Shown here piece after piece: positions 15,590 to 25,958 of a stretch of 32,000 nucleotides of DNA. The stretch is from an archaeon (lineage in GTDB: Archaea; Asgardarchaeota; Thorarchaeia; Thorarchaeales; Thorarchaeaceae), in the NCBI GenBank assembly GCA_024275415.1, contig JAJRZD010000049.1, positions 1-32,000 on the forward strand, written 5' to 3'. Numbering within the stretch: position 1 is the first letter of the stretch; the number at the start of each line of letters is the position of its first letter. The translations under genes were made by a program, and so were the position numbers. The notes under the pieces were generated by a model. The model was not told the origin of the DNA. It did no database searches and saw only the letters and a program-made list of their open reading frames with translations.

Positions 15590-16576
15590 TTATAGAACCT
15601 TGACTAGTTTGTCCACGACATTGTAGGTGAGTTCAGGATTCTTCACGGAGAACACATGTGTTCTGATAGTATTCGATGCCACAATGTTCCCTTCAATTTT
15701 CATGACCAGATTCTCAAGAAGTTCCTCGCCCAAGTCGACCAAGGGCAAGACATGCACTACTGCAAGAGCGACTCGTTTTGCACCCTGTTTACGTAATCTA
15801 TCAGCGGCTTTGAGCAGTGTACTGCCGCTCTTTGTGAGGTCATCGATTACTATGATATCTCTGCCCTCGACTGTAAGTTCTCCTGATAGCTCCACACTGA
15901 ACGAATTAGTTCTGCTCTTAGCGAAGCCCTCACAGTCAAACCGCTCTTGTCCGCCTTCGTCAGGAGATATTACTAGGTAGTCGCCGAACTCGAACTGCCT
16001 TGCTGCAAAATCCACCATCTCAGGAATAATATTGACAACCTCAAGTTTTCCCTGATCTATCAGATCCTTCATCCAATCGAGCCCTTCTGGTGCGTGAGGA
16101 TTCAGAACCCAAATCTTGTCACATGCCCTTGCAATCATCTCCATCGCCCATTTAGCGGAAACAGCCTCTCCTGTCTTGAATGCTTTATCCTGAAGAGCAA
16201 AGGGTTGGAAAGTGAGTACCACCTCAATTCTAGATGGTGGTTCTACCGGTGTGACACAATAGTTCTTATGGCCCACTTCCTCGATGGAAAGTGGGTTGTT
16301 TAGCAGATCAAGCATGAGCAATAACTCAATCAGTCTGTCCGCCGTTGAGTATTTTTCCTGCTCATCAGATCCAGAAGCAGTACAACTTTGAAGCACGACC
16401 ACTCTCCTGCCCGATAATCTGGATATCCGTGGAATCCTGACATATAGATCGCCGTTTGGGAACATGCGCCTACTATCATAGTTCGTTGCAGAACGATAGA
16501 CTGTGTATCCATGCTCCTTGAAGCGTAGCCCAAGATGCTCTGCTCCGCTCGCAAGTATCACTTCGTATTTTGCCAT
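15590..16576 (-). CDS. Divergent ribose-phosphate pyrophosphokinase (PRS) family protein
   Basis: FPNGDLYVRI, VVVLQS, SPDEGG, IIVIDDLTKSGSTL (R5P/PRPP loop), GAKRV....VH; several canonical residues are altered (see findings). Confidence 0.8.
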   Translation of the reverse strand: MAKYEVILASGAEHLGLRFKEHGYTVYRSATNYDSRRMFPNGDLYVRIPRISRLSGRRVVVLQSCTASGSDEQEKYSTADRLIELLLMLDLLNNPLSIEEVGHKNYCVTPVEPPSRIEVVLTFQPFALQDKAFKTGEAVSAKWAMEMIARACDKIWVLNPHAPEGLDWMKDLIDQGKLEVVNIIPEMVDFAARQFEFGDYLVISPDEGGQERFDCEGFAKSRTNSFSVELSGELTVEGRDIIVIDDLTKSGSTLLKAADRLRKQGAKRVALAVVHVLPLVDLGEELLENLVMKIEGNIVASNTIRTHVFSVKNPELTYNVVDKLVKVL

Positions 16577-16630
16577 GTCCCGTACACCATCGAGCGAAGC
16601 CCCGAGCTTTCTCCTTAAGGAGCTTTCCCC

Positions 16631-17173
16631 CTAACCAATGCTTGGTTCCTTTTGGCCGACATATCTGCTTTCTTTGCGTCTATCATATCCGACTTCTGCT
16701 TTACTGCTCAGTGGCATAAACATGAGCTGAACAATCCTCATCCCCGGATAGAGCAGCACTGGACTCAGATTCTCACAGAAGATTTCGAGTGTCAGTTTTC
16801 CTGGTTTGTCTAATCCAGTTCCCGGATTCACGAGACCTGCTGCATGTACGATTATCCCAAGTCTGGCAATACTGGATCTCCCTTCAAGGAAGCCTGCGTA
16901 TCCGAGTGAAAGTTTGACTGCTTCAATGGTCTGTCCAAGGATGAACTGACCTGGAAGTATCATGAATGGCTTGTTATGAGTATCCACCAATCTTGTGCCT
17001 TGATTTATTGGGTTGCCTGATCTCACGTCGATGGGTTCTCCAGGATGATACACTCGAAAGAGGCTGTCAAGCCTCAGGTCGATGCTGCATGGTCCGATGG
17101 CATCTGGGTCTAAAGGCTCAACCGAAATCTCCCCATCCTCTATTGCTTTTCGTATGTCATGGTCAGACAGCAT
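16631..17173 (-). CDS. dcd: dCTP deaminase
   Basis: LSD.DI, IGP.SIDLRL, LPGQFILG.T.E, EGRSSIARLG, TLEI, LYPGMRI.QL.F, Y.GQ. Confidence 0.93.
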   Translation of the reverse strand: MLSDHDIRKAIEDGEISVEPLDPDAIGPCSIDLRLDSLFRVYHPGEPIDVRSGNPINQGTRLVDTHNKPFMILPGQFILGQTIEAVKLSLGYAGFLEGRSSIARLGIIVHAAGLVNPGTGLDKPGKLTLEIFCENLSPVLLYPGMRIVQLMFMPLSSKAEVGYDRRKESRYVGQKEPSIG

Positions 17174-17318
17174 TCCCTATCACCACTGAGAATCTGGTTC
17201 TTCTTACCGAGCAGAACCCGCCTTTTAATATGCCGAATTTCCACCACTTCATCTAAACAATAACCTTTAACGAATGAATGGAATGTATCTTTCACGCCAC
17301 CAAGGTAAAGTGTAAAAT

Positions 17319-18011
17319 GTGAGCCCAACGGCTAGAGACCTATTATTGAGGATTACGAAAGAAACAGGGATTCCTTACCGCAAGGTAGCAGAGCGTGTCA
17401 ATGCGTCCATGGCCAAAGGCGAGGGGTTTCTCGAATCTGTCAGAACTCTTGCTCTGGAGTCTGGGCTCAATCCCGAGGACTTTCATCTTGACCCTCTGGA
17501 GATTGTAAAGGAGATTCGTAAGATACTCGTACAAGACTATTCCCAGACCCTCATGATATCTGCAGTTCTTGGACAACTTGTAGAATCTCACGATAAAGAA
17601 AGATATCCTCCCCCAGCGTTCTTTATCTTTCTAGAGATTCTTGCAGAGATAGATGATGCGCCTAGAAAAATAGGTTCTGAACCCCCTCCCAACGTCGATG
17701 AAGCTACTACTCGAATAATTGAGCTCACGACTACATTAGTTTCTCTGATTTGCGAATGGGGTGAAACCGGAATTATAGGCGTGTCCAAGGAGTGCGCTCC
17801 CTCACTATATGACCTTGCTCGAACAGTGTTCAGAAAGACGAAGCTGCTTCAATCTGGAATGTGGACATGCGTATCGTGTGGGAAAATTGTCAACGTCAGC
17901 GAAACGAGGTCTCTATTGTGTCCGGCATGCAACTCGGAGATTGTTAATGGCTCCCCACAGATCTTTGATGATAAGGCTAGAGATCGAACAGGATATGGCC
18001 AACTGAATTGA
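17319..18011 (+). CDS. Hypothetical helical protein with C-terminal C4 zinc ribbon
   Basis: Long ORF with protein-like composition; WTCVSCG...LLCPAC motif near the C-terminus. Confidence 0.75.
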   Translation: MSPTARDLLLRITKETGIPYRKVAERVNASMAKGEGFLESVRTLALESGLNPEDFHLDPLEIVKEIRKILVQDYSQTLMISAVLGQLVESHDKERYPPPAFFIFLEILAEIDDAPRKIGSEPPPNVDEATTRIIELTTTLVSLICEWGETGIIGVSKECAPSLYDLARTVFRKTKLLQSGMWTCVSCGKIVNVSETRSLLCPACNSEIVNGSPQIFDDKARDRTGYGQLN

Positions 18012-18026
18012 GATGAATAGTATCGT

Positions 18027-18668
18027 TTACATTGACAGATGGAAATCCAATCCCTGCTGGAGCATCTGCATCGTGGTTTCTATCTGTGAATCTGCAATTG
18101 TCAGGCTGGGATGCTGGTCGACGAGATTCTCCGCAGATATGTGTTCTATAAAGAGAATGACAATGTCTATGTTTGCTGCTGCTCCTATGCTTACCATGGG
18201 TGCTGTCAGCCCGTCATAGAATTCGCTGTTTCCACTTGGGATGTCCATTCTTCTGAGAAGGTTCTCACCTTTCTTTGAAAAAGCCTGGCCTACAGTCGGG
18301 CCATCATATGGTTGAAGGCCAATGAGGAATCTCATAGGGACGGTTCCCCTCAGGAAAAACAACAAATCCGTCACCCATTCGTAGTCTTTGACAAACACAT
18401 CTCCGAAGACAAGCATCAGCTCGTCAGAAACCATCGCTTGGACTGGGATTACTGGTGGTTTTGTTTCTGCCCTGTATGTACTCAATATCCTGAATGCAGG
18501 AGAATCGAAGATAAACACCGGCTCGAATGGAGCCCTTTCATACAAACGCCGACAGATGGCCTGCCCTAACGGGTTCAAACCAAGTATCACTGCATGTTGT
18601 TCGGTTATCTTCCGTTTCTTGTACACCTCTAATATTGGAGAGATCCATTCTTGTTCGAAGGTCGTCAA
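18027..18668 (-). CDS. PAC2 (proteasome assembly chaperone)-like protein, divergent
   Basis: Order of motifs AVILGL.PLG..I...L, F.SP.F, LMLVFGD, FLIG, V.....LL, DGLTAPM...G....I..V.LFIE resembles the archaeal PAC2 fold; TTG start. Confidence 0.5.
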   Translation of the reverse strand: MTTFEQEWISPILEVYKKRKITEQHAVILGLNPLGQAICRRLYERAPFEPVFIFDSPAFRILSTYRAETKPPVIPVQAMVSDELMLVFGDVFVKDYEWVTDLLFFLRGTVPMRFLIGLQPYDGPTVGQAFSKKGENLLRRMDIPSGNSEFYDGLTAPMVSIGAAANIDIVILFIEHISAENLVDQHPSLTIADSQIETTMQMLQQGLDFHLSM

Positions 18669-18738
18669 TCATACTCGCCCTCTTTGGTTTCTTGTCCATG
18701 CTCTCGTTGATGGCAGGTAATGATGACACCCCCCCTGA

Positions 18739-20286
<1,548 letters not shown>

Positions 20287-20354
20287 CCTAGAATTTTAGG
20301 ATTCATTCCAAACGGAGTGAATCCTGTTCTCTTCTTTTTTGTAACTAAAATTCG

Positions 20355-20984
20355 TCATCCACGGATAATATCAAGCAGTTCTCCAAGTCTTTTCTTCACA
20401 TCACTTTCAACGATACTTAACTCAGCAAGTCCACGAATCTGTTCGACTCTTCTCTTACTGAACTCCTCATTGGATATCTTGCCTGCCTTCCGTAGTACTT
20501 CAAGTTTATCCATTTCTGTGTTGATTTCTCTTCTTCTATTTCGCACCAGGTCGAAACCCTGTTTCAAGGACATCCATTCTATCATCGCATTCGTTCGCTC
20601 TTGCTCTATCTTCTCTTTCCTGATGCGTTCTTCGTCCATCTGTTTCAATTCTTTGTTTGCCTTTCGTATCTCCTTTTGAATCTCGAACAGTCGCGATTCG
20701 ACTTCCCTCTTGACCCGTACGAGCTGGGTAGACATCTGCCAACTCTTGTGGTACTCGTTCAGATGTTCTTTTTCGCTAATCTCTTTTCTCGCAAGTCTTT
20801 TGTCCAATTCATTCAGCTCTTCTTGGACTTTTGCAAGCTGTGACTTGACCTCTGCATATGACTTTCTCAGTGCGACCCATTCCACTGAGAACTGTGAGAG
20901 TACCTCCTTAGGATCCATATAATATGGGTCATCCTCAGCCCGAGGTCTATCGGTTCCATGGCTCATGGGGTTTCTTACCTCCAT
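20355..20984 (-). CDS. Coiled-coil protein with two internal repeats (CdvA-like/SHOCT-like hairpins)
   Basis: Two 73-aa units align without gaps (EW..L.....V......E...L.......IS..E.........L..V...V..RL.E....IR); start ATG 20984 or 20966. Confidence 0.8.
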   Translation of the reverse strand: MEVRNPMSHGTDRPRAEDDPYYMDPKEVLSQFSVEWVALRKSYAEVKSQLAKVQEELNELDKRLARKEISEKEHLNEYHKSWQMSTQLVRVKREVESRLFEIQKEIRKANKELKQMDEERIRKEKIEQERTNAMIEWMSLKQGFDLVRNRRREINTEMDKLEVLRKAGKISNEEFSKRRVEQIRGLAELSIVESDVKKRLGELLDIIRG

Positions 20985-21085
20985 CCTGTCGATTTCATGT
21001 ATGGTAGGGACTTAAGGATTTGGAGCTTGTACTTGTAAACTATCAGCTTAAAAGGTAGATTGGCAACTAATGAAACTGTGTCAAA

Positions 21086-22162
21086 ATGCATTTAGAGATT
21101 GAGCCAGTACCATCTAGCTTTCGTAAGGCGATTCCCCATGATGTGTTGAATCTGGCATTTGGCTCCGTCTTCACGGATCATATGTTCACCATGCAGTATT
21201 CCGGGGGGATTTGGCACAGTGCCAAGATTGAGCCCTATCACCCTTTGCTCATCGACCCCGCTGCTTTAGTGCTTCATTATGGTCAGGGCATCTTCGAAGG
21301 TCTGAAAGCATATAGGCGGGGAGAACGAATCTTCCTATTTCGGCCAAGGATGAACCTTGAACGGATGAACAGATCCGCAGAGCGAATGGTAATGCCCCAA
21401 ATTAATTCAGACTTTGTTCTTTCCTCGCTTGAGCAGCTCCTGACTATCGAAAAAGAATGGATTCCAACTCAGAACGGAACGTCACTTTACATCCGTCCTA
21501 CAATGATAGCAACGGAGCCCAAGCTGGGAGTCAAACCCTCTGATGACTACCTATTCTTTATTCTTCTAAGTCCCGTAGGACCCTATTTCAAAGAAGGATT
21601 TCGCCCTGTGGGAATATATGTGGCTGACCAACACGTACGTGCGGCCGAAGGGGGTACCGGTCAAGCAAAGACTATTGGCAACTATGCCGCATCACTGCTT
21701 GCAAGCACCATTGCCAAACAAGCCGGGTATTCCCAAGTACTATGGCTAGATGCAAAAGAACGCAGATATTTGGAAGAGGTGGGGACGATGAACATATTCG
21801 TGGTCTTTGACGATGAGATTGTCACCCCTCCTCTGAGAGGAACAATCCTCCCGGGCATAACCCGTGATTCTGTTTTGACACTGCTCAAACATTGGGGATA
21901 TACTGCCACTGAGCGACTCCTATCTATTGAGGAGGTTCTAGATGGACTAACCTCCGGAAAAATCAAAGAGATCTTTGGCTGTGGCACTGCTGCAATTATC
22001 GCCCCTGTTGGTAGGCTACACTACCAAGATAAGACCTACACAATTGCTAGCGAGTCAATTGGCCCGTTATCGCAACGTCTTTTTGACGAGTTGACTGGCA
22101 TCCAGTGTGGTGAGCGTGACGACCCCTTTGGTTGGGTTCGGGTCGTGAATGAGAGCGGCTGA
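21086..22162 (+). CDS. ilvE: Branched-chain amino acid aminotransferase
   Basis: FG..FTDHM, LHYGQ.IFEGLKAYR, LFRP..N..R, SLYIRP, GTG.AKT.GNYAASL (PLP lysine), EEVGTMN, ILPGITRDS, GTAA.I.PVG. Confidence 0.96.
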   Translation: MHLEIEPVPSSFRKAIPHDVLNLAFGSVFTDHMFTMQYSGGIWHSAKIEPYHPLLIDPAALVLHYGQGIFEGLKAYRRGERIFLFRPRMNLERMNRSAERMVMPQINSDFVLSSLEQLLTIEKEWIPTQNGTSLYIRPTMIATEPKLGVKPSDDYLFFILLSPVGPYFKEGFRPVGIYVADQHVRAAEGGTGQAKTIGNYAASLLASTIAKQAGYSQVLWLDAKERRYLEEVGTMNIFVVFDDEIVTPPLRGTILPGITRDSVLTLLKHWGYTATERLLSIEEVLDGLTSGKIKEIFGCGTAAIIAPVGRLHYQDKTYTIASESIGPLSQRLFDELTGIQCGERDDPFGWVRVVNESG

Positions 22163-22169
22163 CCCGATG

Positions 22170-22625
22170 TTAGTACAAGTCCTCAGAAGACCTCTTCTCG
22201 ACATCCGATTCTGGAGGAGAGATTTCATCAAGGGATTCCCATGACGGAGGATCTAAATATGCCTCTGATGGTATCGCAGGTTTCTCAAAGCTAGTGTCTT
22301 CAGGTATGGGTTCAGATAGGATGTCATCGGTCGTTGTTGGTTCTTCTGTGCTGTCTTTTGTTGTTCCAGAGAGATCAGTGCTGTCTTCTTCCTCTTCAAA
22401 TTCTTCTTCCTCTTCTTCTTCCTCCTCTTCTTCATATTCCATGAGTCGAAGGGTGGCTACGAGTTTTCCTTGTTCTATCTTTTCAAGAAGTAGTCTGAAC
22501 ATTCTTTCTACGACCAAGCTTTTTCCTTTTGCCTCGAACTCGATATTGCCAATCTCGAATTCGACCTCTGCATAATCGATTTTGTCCTTCTTCTTTTTGT
22601 CTGATGTGTTTTCTTTCTCGGTCAT
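22170..22625 (-). CDS. Hypothetical acidic protein with poly-Glu tract
   Basis: Small beta-beta-alpha-like N-terminal segment followed by a poly-Glu tract and a disordered acidic tail; likely start ATG 22625. Confidence 0.7.
   Translation of the reverse strand: MTEKENTSDKKKKDKIDYAEVEFEIGNIEFEAKGKSLVVERMFRLLLEKIEQGKLVATLRLMEYEEEEEEEEEEEFEEEEDSTDLSGTTKDSTEEPTTTDDILSEPIPEDTSFEKPAIPSEAYLDPPSWESLDEISPPESDVEKRSSEDLY
22386..22433 (-). repeat. GAA/GAG codon run (poly-Glu)
   Basis: TTC/CTC trinucleotide run on the + strand encoding EEEEEEEEEEEFEEEE on the - strand. Confidence 0.85.
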
Positions 22626-22734
22626 GCAATTACCCGCCCTCGATACTATCTCGGAAGTTAATAAACACTTCACATAGATGCTCGTGTGTCCCAAAGCTTT
22701 TAGAATGATTCAGGTGTAGAGCATATCCTCGAAG

Positions 22735-23244
22735 GTGCAAGCATTGCCATCTCGTCTCTCAGTCGATTATACCAAATGTACAGGATGCCGAATCTGCGAG
22801 CTAGCGTGTTCAGCAAAGAACGAAGGAAGATTTCAGCCCAGCATTGCTCGTCTTAAGATTGTGAAATATGATGATCTAGGACTGGACATCCCACACGTAT
22901 GCAGCCCCTGCGAAGAGGCTCCCTGTGTGGAGATATGCCCCGTGTATGCAATGCGGCAGGATCCAATAAGCAAGATGACCTATCTTGATGAGGACAAGTG
23001 TATCCTGTGTAAGTCTTGTGTGGGAGTATGTGTGAATGGCGTGATACTCCTTGACACAGTAAGGATGCGCATCATCAAGTGCGACCATTGTGATGGAGAT
23101 CCTGAGTGTGCAAAGGTCTGCCCTACTGGTGCTATCCATTACGGATCAATCAGCAAACTGACGACAATTGAACGACACGCCAAAATAGGCACCTATCTGG
23201 ACGAAATAAAACGAGTCGCTGAGAAATCCACTGGAGAGGCGTGA
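22735..23244 (+). CDS. 4Fe-4S dicluster (DmsB/HydN-like) electron-transfer subunit associated with AOR
   Basis: CTGCRICELAC, CSPCEEAPCVEICP, CILCKSCVGVC, KCDHCDGDPECAKVCP; ends 2 nt before the AOR start. Confidence 0.95.
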   Translation: MQALPSRLSVDYTKCTGCRICELACSAKNEGRFQPSIARLKIVKYDDLGLDIPHVCSPCEEAPCVEICPVYAMRQDPISKMTYLDEDKCILCKSCVGVCVNGVILLDTVRMRIIKCDHCDGDPECAKVCPTGAIHYGSISKLTTIERHAKIGTYLDEIKRVAEKSTGEA

Positions 23245-23245
23245 T

Positions 23246-25120
23246 TTGGTGAATGGTGGGTATACTGGCAAGATTCTACGGGTTGATTTGACCAAGGGCG
23301 ATTTCAAGGTCGAGAGCCTTCCAACAGAGTGGGTTCTCAAGTACATTGGGGGAGATGGCTTTGCAGCTCGTCTGCTCTACGACGAGGTTCCTGCAAGGAC
23401 AGATCCTCTGAGTCCCGAGAACAAGCTTCTCATTGCGACCGGCCCCATTACAGGCACATTGTGGCCGATGAGTGGTAGAACTGTCTTTGTTTCAAAGGCT
23501 GCCCAGACTGGGATTTGGGGTGAAAGCCATGTTGGAGGATTTCTTGGCCCAGAGTTGAAATATGCTGGATATGATATGCTAGTAGTAGAAGGTCGTTCAG
23601 AGAATCCGGTTCATATCTCAATCCATGATGGCGATTTGGAACTGATTGATGCAACTCCACACTGGGGGATGAGAACCGATGAGGTCACAGCAGCCATGCG
23701 AAAACACCATAATGATCCTGACGTCCAAGTGGGCGCCATCGGCCCTGCTGGAGAACAACTTGTCCGATTTGCCTCAGTCATAGTGAACAATGCTAGAGCA
23801 GCTGGGCGGACAGGGATGGGTGCTGTCTTGGGCTCGAAGAATGTGAAAACCATATCCATTCGAGGACATGGGTCGGTGGAAGTTGCTGAACATGAGGAGT
23901 TCTTCAAGCTTGCAAAGAAGGCTCATCAAAAGGTTCGTCAAAATCCCCAGGCTCGTGAGATGGGTAAATGGGGTACATGGATTCTTACCGCTGTGAAACA
24001 GGAGATTGGCGAACTTCCCACATTTAACCACCGGACTGGCGTCTTCTCTGGATGGGAATCTCTCAGTGGGGAGTATATCCGCCCTAGGTTCACAGTCAGT
24101 GACCGAGCATGTTTTGGTTGCTCTCTGGGATGCAAGAAGATGAACTACATCCCTGATGGGCCATATGCCGGCACGCTCGAAGAGGGGCCAGAATACGAAG
24201 GTCTGATGGCATTTGGCAGTCTGCTTGGAATTGACGACTATCCTACAACTCTCAAGGCGAATCAGATTTGCAACAAGTACGGGATGGATATAATCTCAGT
24301 TGGATCTACAATCGCTTTTGCAATGGAATGCTACGAGAATGGCATCATCGACGACTCGGATACCGGTGGTGTTCCACTTGAATGGGGAAATACGGAGTCC
24401 GCAATCAAGATTCTTCAGATGATTGCTTCTCGTGAAGGATTCGGTGACATACTTGCAGAAGGGAGCAAGATTGCATCCGAAAAGATTGGAAAAGGTTCTG
24501 AGGCGTACGCGATACATGTCAAAGGACTGGAGGTTTCTGGACAAGACGGTCGCACTCATCGTAGCATTGGGCTCTCACATGCAACATCAGCCAGAGGTGC
24601 GGATCATCTGAGGTCTCTGGTCGTCGTCGATCAGCTCGGTTATGAGAAGGTCGCGGCTGAACGCTGGGGTGTAGACAAGCTGCCTGAGATTCTCAATCCC
24701 TATACTGAACAGTACAAGGCTACTGCTGTTGTCGAAACTGAGAACACATATTGCATCCGAGACACACTCATTGTCTGTTGGTACTCTGTATCGTGGCCCC
24801 CAGTATTCTGGATGAGTGACTTTGCGGAGATGCTGCCTCTGGCAACTGGCATAGATGCGTTTGGCGATGTCACTACACTGGTTGAGATCGGTGAGCGTCA
24901 ACTTAATCTGAAACGGCTGTTCAATGCTCGGGAAGGGATTACTCGAAAGGATGATCAACTCCCAAAGCGGTTCACTCACGAGCCGATGCCTGAAGGACCT
25001 GGGAAGGGACAGGTGGTTGACCTAGAATCGCTTCTTGATGATTACTATAGGCTCCGGGGCTGGGATCCCGAAACAGGTTTGCCCACAAAAGAAACCCTGC
25101 GACGCTTGTCACTTGAATGA
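23246..25120 (+). CDS. aor: Aldehyde:ferredoxin oxidoreductase family (tungstopterin) enzyme
   Basis: GY.GKILRVDL, IGGDG, GP.TG, LKYAGYD, IGPAGE.LVRFA, AGRTGMGAV.GSKN.K, CFGCSLGC, EYE, G.D.IS, RGA.H, LDDYY.LRGWD. Confidence 0.95.
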   Translation: MVNGGYTGKILRVDLTKGDFKVESLPTEWVLKYIGGDGFAARLLYDEVPARTDPLSPENKLLIATGPITGTLWPMSGRTVFVSKAAQTGIWGESHVGGFLGPELKYAGYDMLVVEGRSENPVHISIHDGDLELIDATPHWGMRTDEVTAAMRKHHNDPDVQVGAIGPAGEQLVRFASVIVNNARAAGRTGMGAVLGSKNVKTISIRGHGSVEVAEHEEFFKLAKKAHQKVRQNPQAREMGKWGTWILTAVKQEIGELPTFNHRTGVFSGWESLSGEYIRPRFTVSDRACFGCSLGCKKMNYIPDGPYAGTLEEGPEYEGLMAFGSLLGIDDYPTTLKANQICNKYGMDIISVGSTIAFAMECYENGIIDDSDTGGVPLEWGNTESAIKILQMIASREGFGDILAEGSKIASEKIGKGSEAYAIHVKGLEVSGQDGRTHRSIGLSHATSARGADHLRSLVVVDQLGYEKVAAERWGVDKLPEILNPYTEQYKATAVVETENTYCIRDTLIVCWYSVSWPPVFWMSDFAEMLPLATGIDAFGDVTTLVEIGERQLNLKRLFNAREGITRKDDQLPKRFTHEPMPEGPGKGQVVDLESLLDDYYRLRGWDPETGLPTKETLRRLSLE

Positions 25121-25127
25121 GCGACTG

Positions 25128-25361
25128 TCAGAGCAATCGTTCCTTGTCAGCCGTTCTTGGGATTGACACGTACAGGACGTCCTCATATCCCAAAATGCCA
25201 TATCCTGATGGATTCTCGAGTCTGACCATGTCATCATATGCTTCGCTGACTCGCACATTGGGTATTTTTGCTAACGTATCCTTTTGCATATAGCGTAAAT
25301 AGACAGTGAAGATCTGCCCGGTCTGCTTCAAGTTGTTGAAAATGGCTTTCCAATCAGGCAT
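25128..25361 (-). CDS. Small Sm/Hfq-like fold protein (77 aa)
   Basis: AGGAG SD before ATG 25361; helix plus five-strand pattern parallel to Hfq (IFNNLKQTGQIFTVYL...VRVSEAYDDMVRLEN..YGILGYEDVLYVSIP). Confidence 0.6.
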   Translation of the reverse strand: MPDWKAIFNNLKQTGQIFTVYLRYMQKDTLAKIPNVRVSEAYDDMVRLENPSGYGILGYEDVLYVSIPRTADKERLL

Positions 25362-25417
25362 CCATGTATCTCTCCTGTGTATATCTACGGAACTATATGA
25401 ATGCATTTAACAGTTGT

Positions 25418-25897
25418 CTATTGTGTAATGTCAAAATCATTAGGTTTTGTCTGCGAGTACAATATTGGTTCCAACCCCATTGCAATGAATGTGTTTCGTA
25501 CAATCTTCAGTGGGCTCTCACCCAGCTGGTGCATTACAATATGTGAAGTACATCCTTTCTTGCAATCCGAGGAGCCGAACCCTTTTGGCCCGTATTCGAA
25601 TTGACCAGAGGCAAGTAATTGTGAAACTACCTCGCATTCCCTGTTTCGTTCTGATGTGGACCAGATCGCATCAAGCAGAGTTACGTTCTCTCTAAGCAAG
25701 TAATCGATGTGCCAATGACTCTTCTTATCAGACCTGAAATGACGAGATAACCTGTTCGCAAGGTTGGTCGCTGTGGTTCCTAGTGCCGAGCCGACATACA
25801 CCCAGAACCCCTGCTCGAAAACATCTTTCCTCTTGGCCCCGACATTCACGGCTGTGGTTTTTGGCATCTCGATGATGAGCGTATATACACCTTTCAT
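25418..25897 (-). CDS. GIY-YIG nuclease family protein (DUF123 / Uri superfamily)
   Basis: MKGVY, YVGSA, RLSRH, KK.HWHIDYLL, ECE, FGSSDC..GC.SH. Confidence 0.88.
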   Translation of the reverse strand: MKGVYTLIIEMPKTTAVNVGAKRKDVFEQGFWVYVGSALGTTATNLANRLSRHFRSDKKSHWHIDYLLRENVTLLDAIWSTSERNRECEVVSQLLASGQFEYGPKGFGSSDCKKGCTSHIVMHQLGESPLKIVRNTFIAMGLEPILYSQTKPNDFDITQ

Positions 25898-25958
25898 TCG
25901 ACTAACATCTCTTTCGTGACATCAACTTCAACTTGCGATATTATCATAAGGTCTTTGG

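Noticed and set aside
18538-18729. Alternative-frame N-terminus implying a frameshift in the PAC2-like gene
   Set aside because: The TTG-started ORF already supplies a complete PAC2-like N-terminus and there is no slippery run at the overlap.
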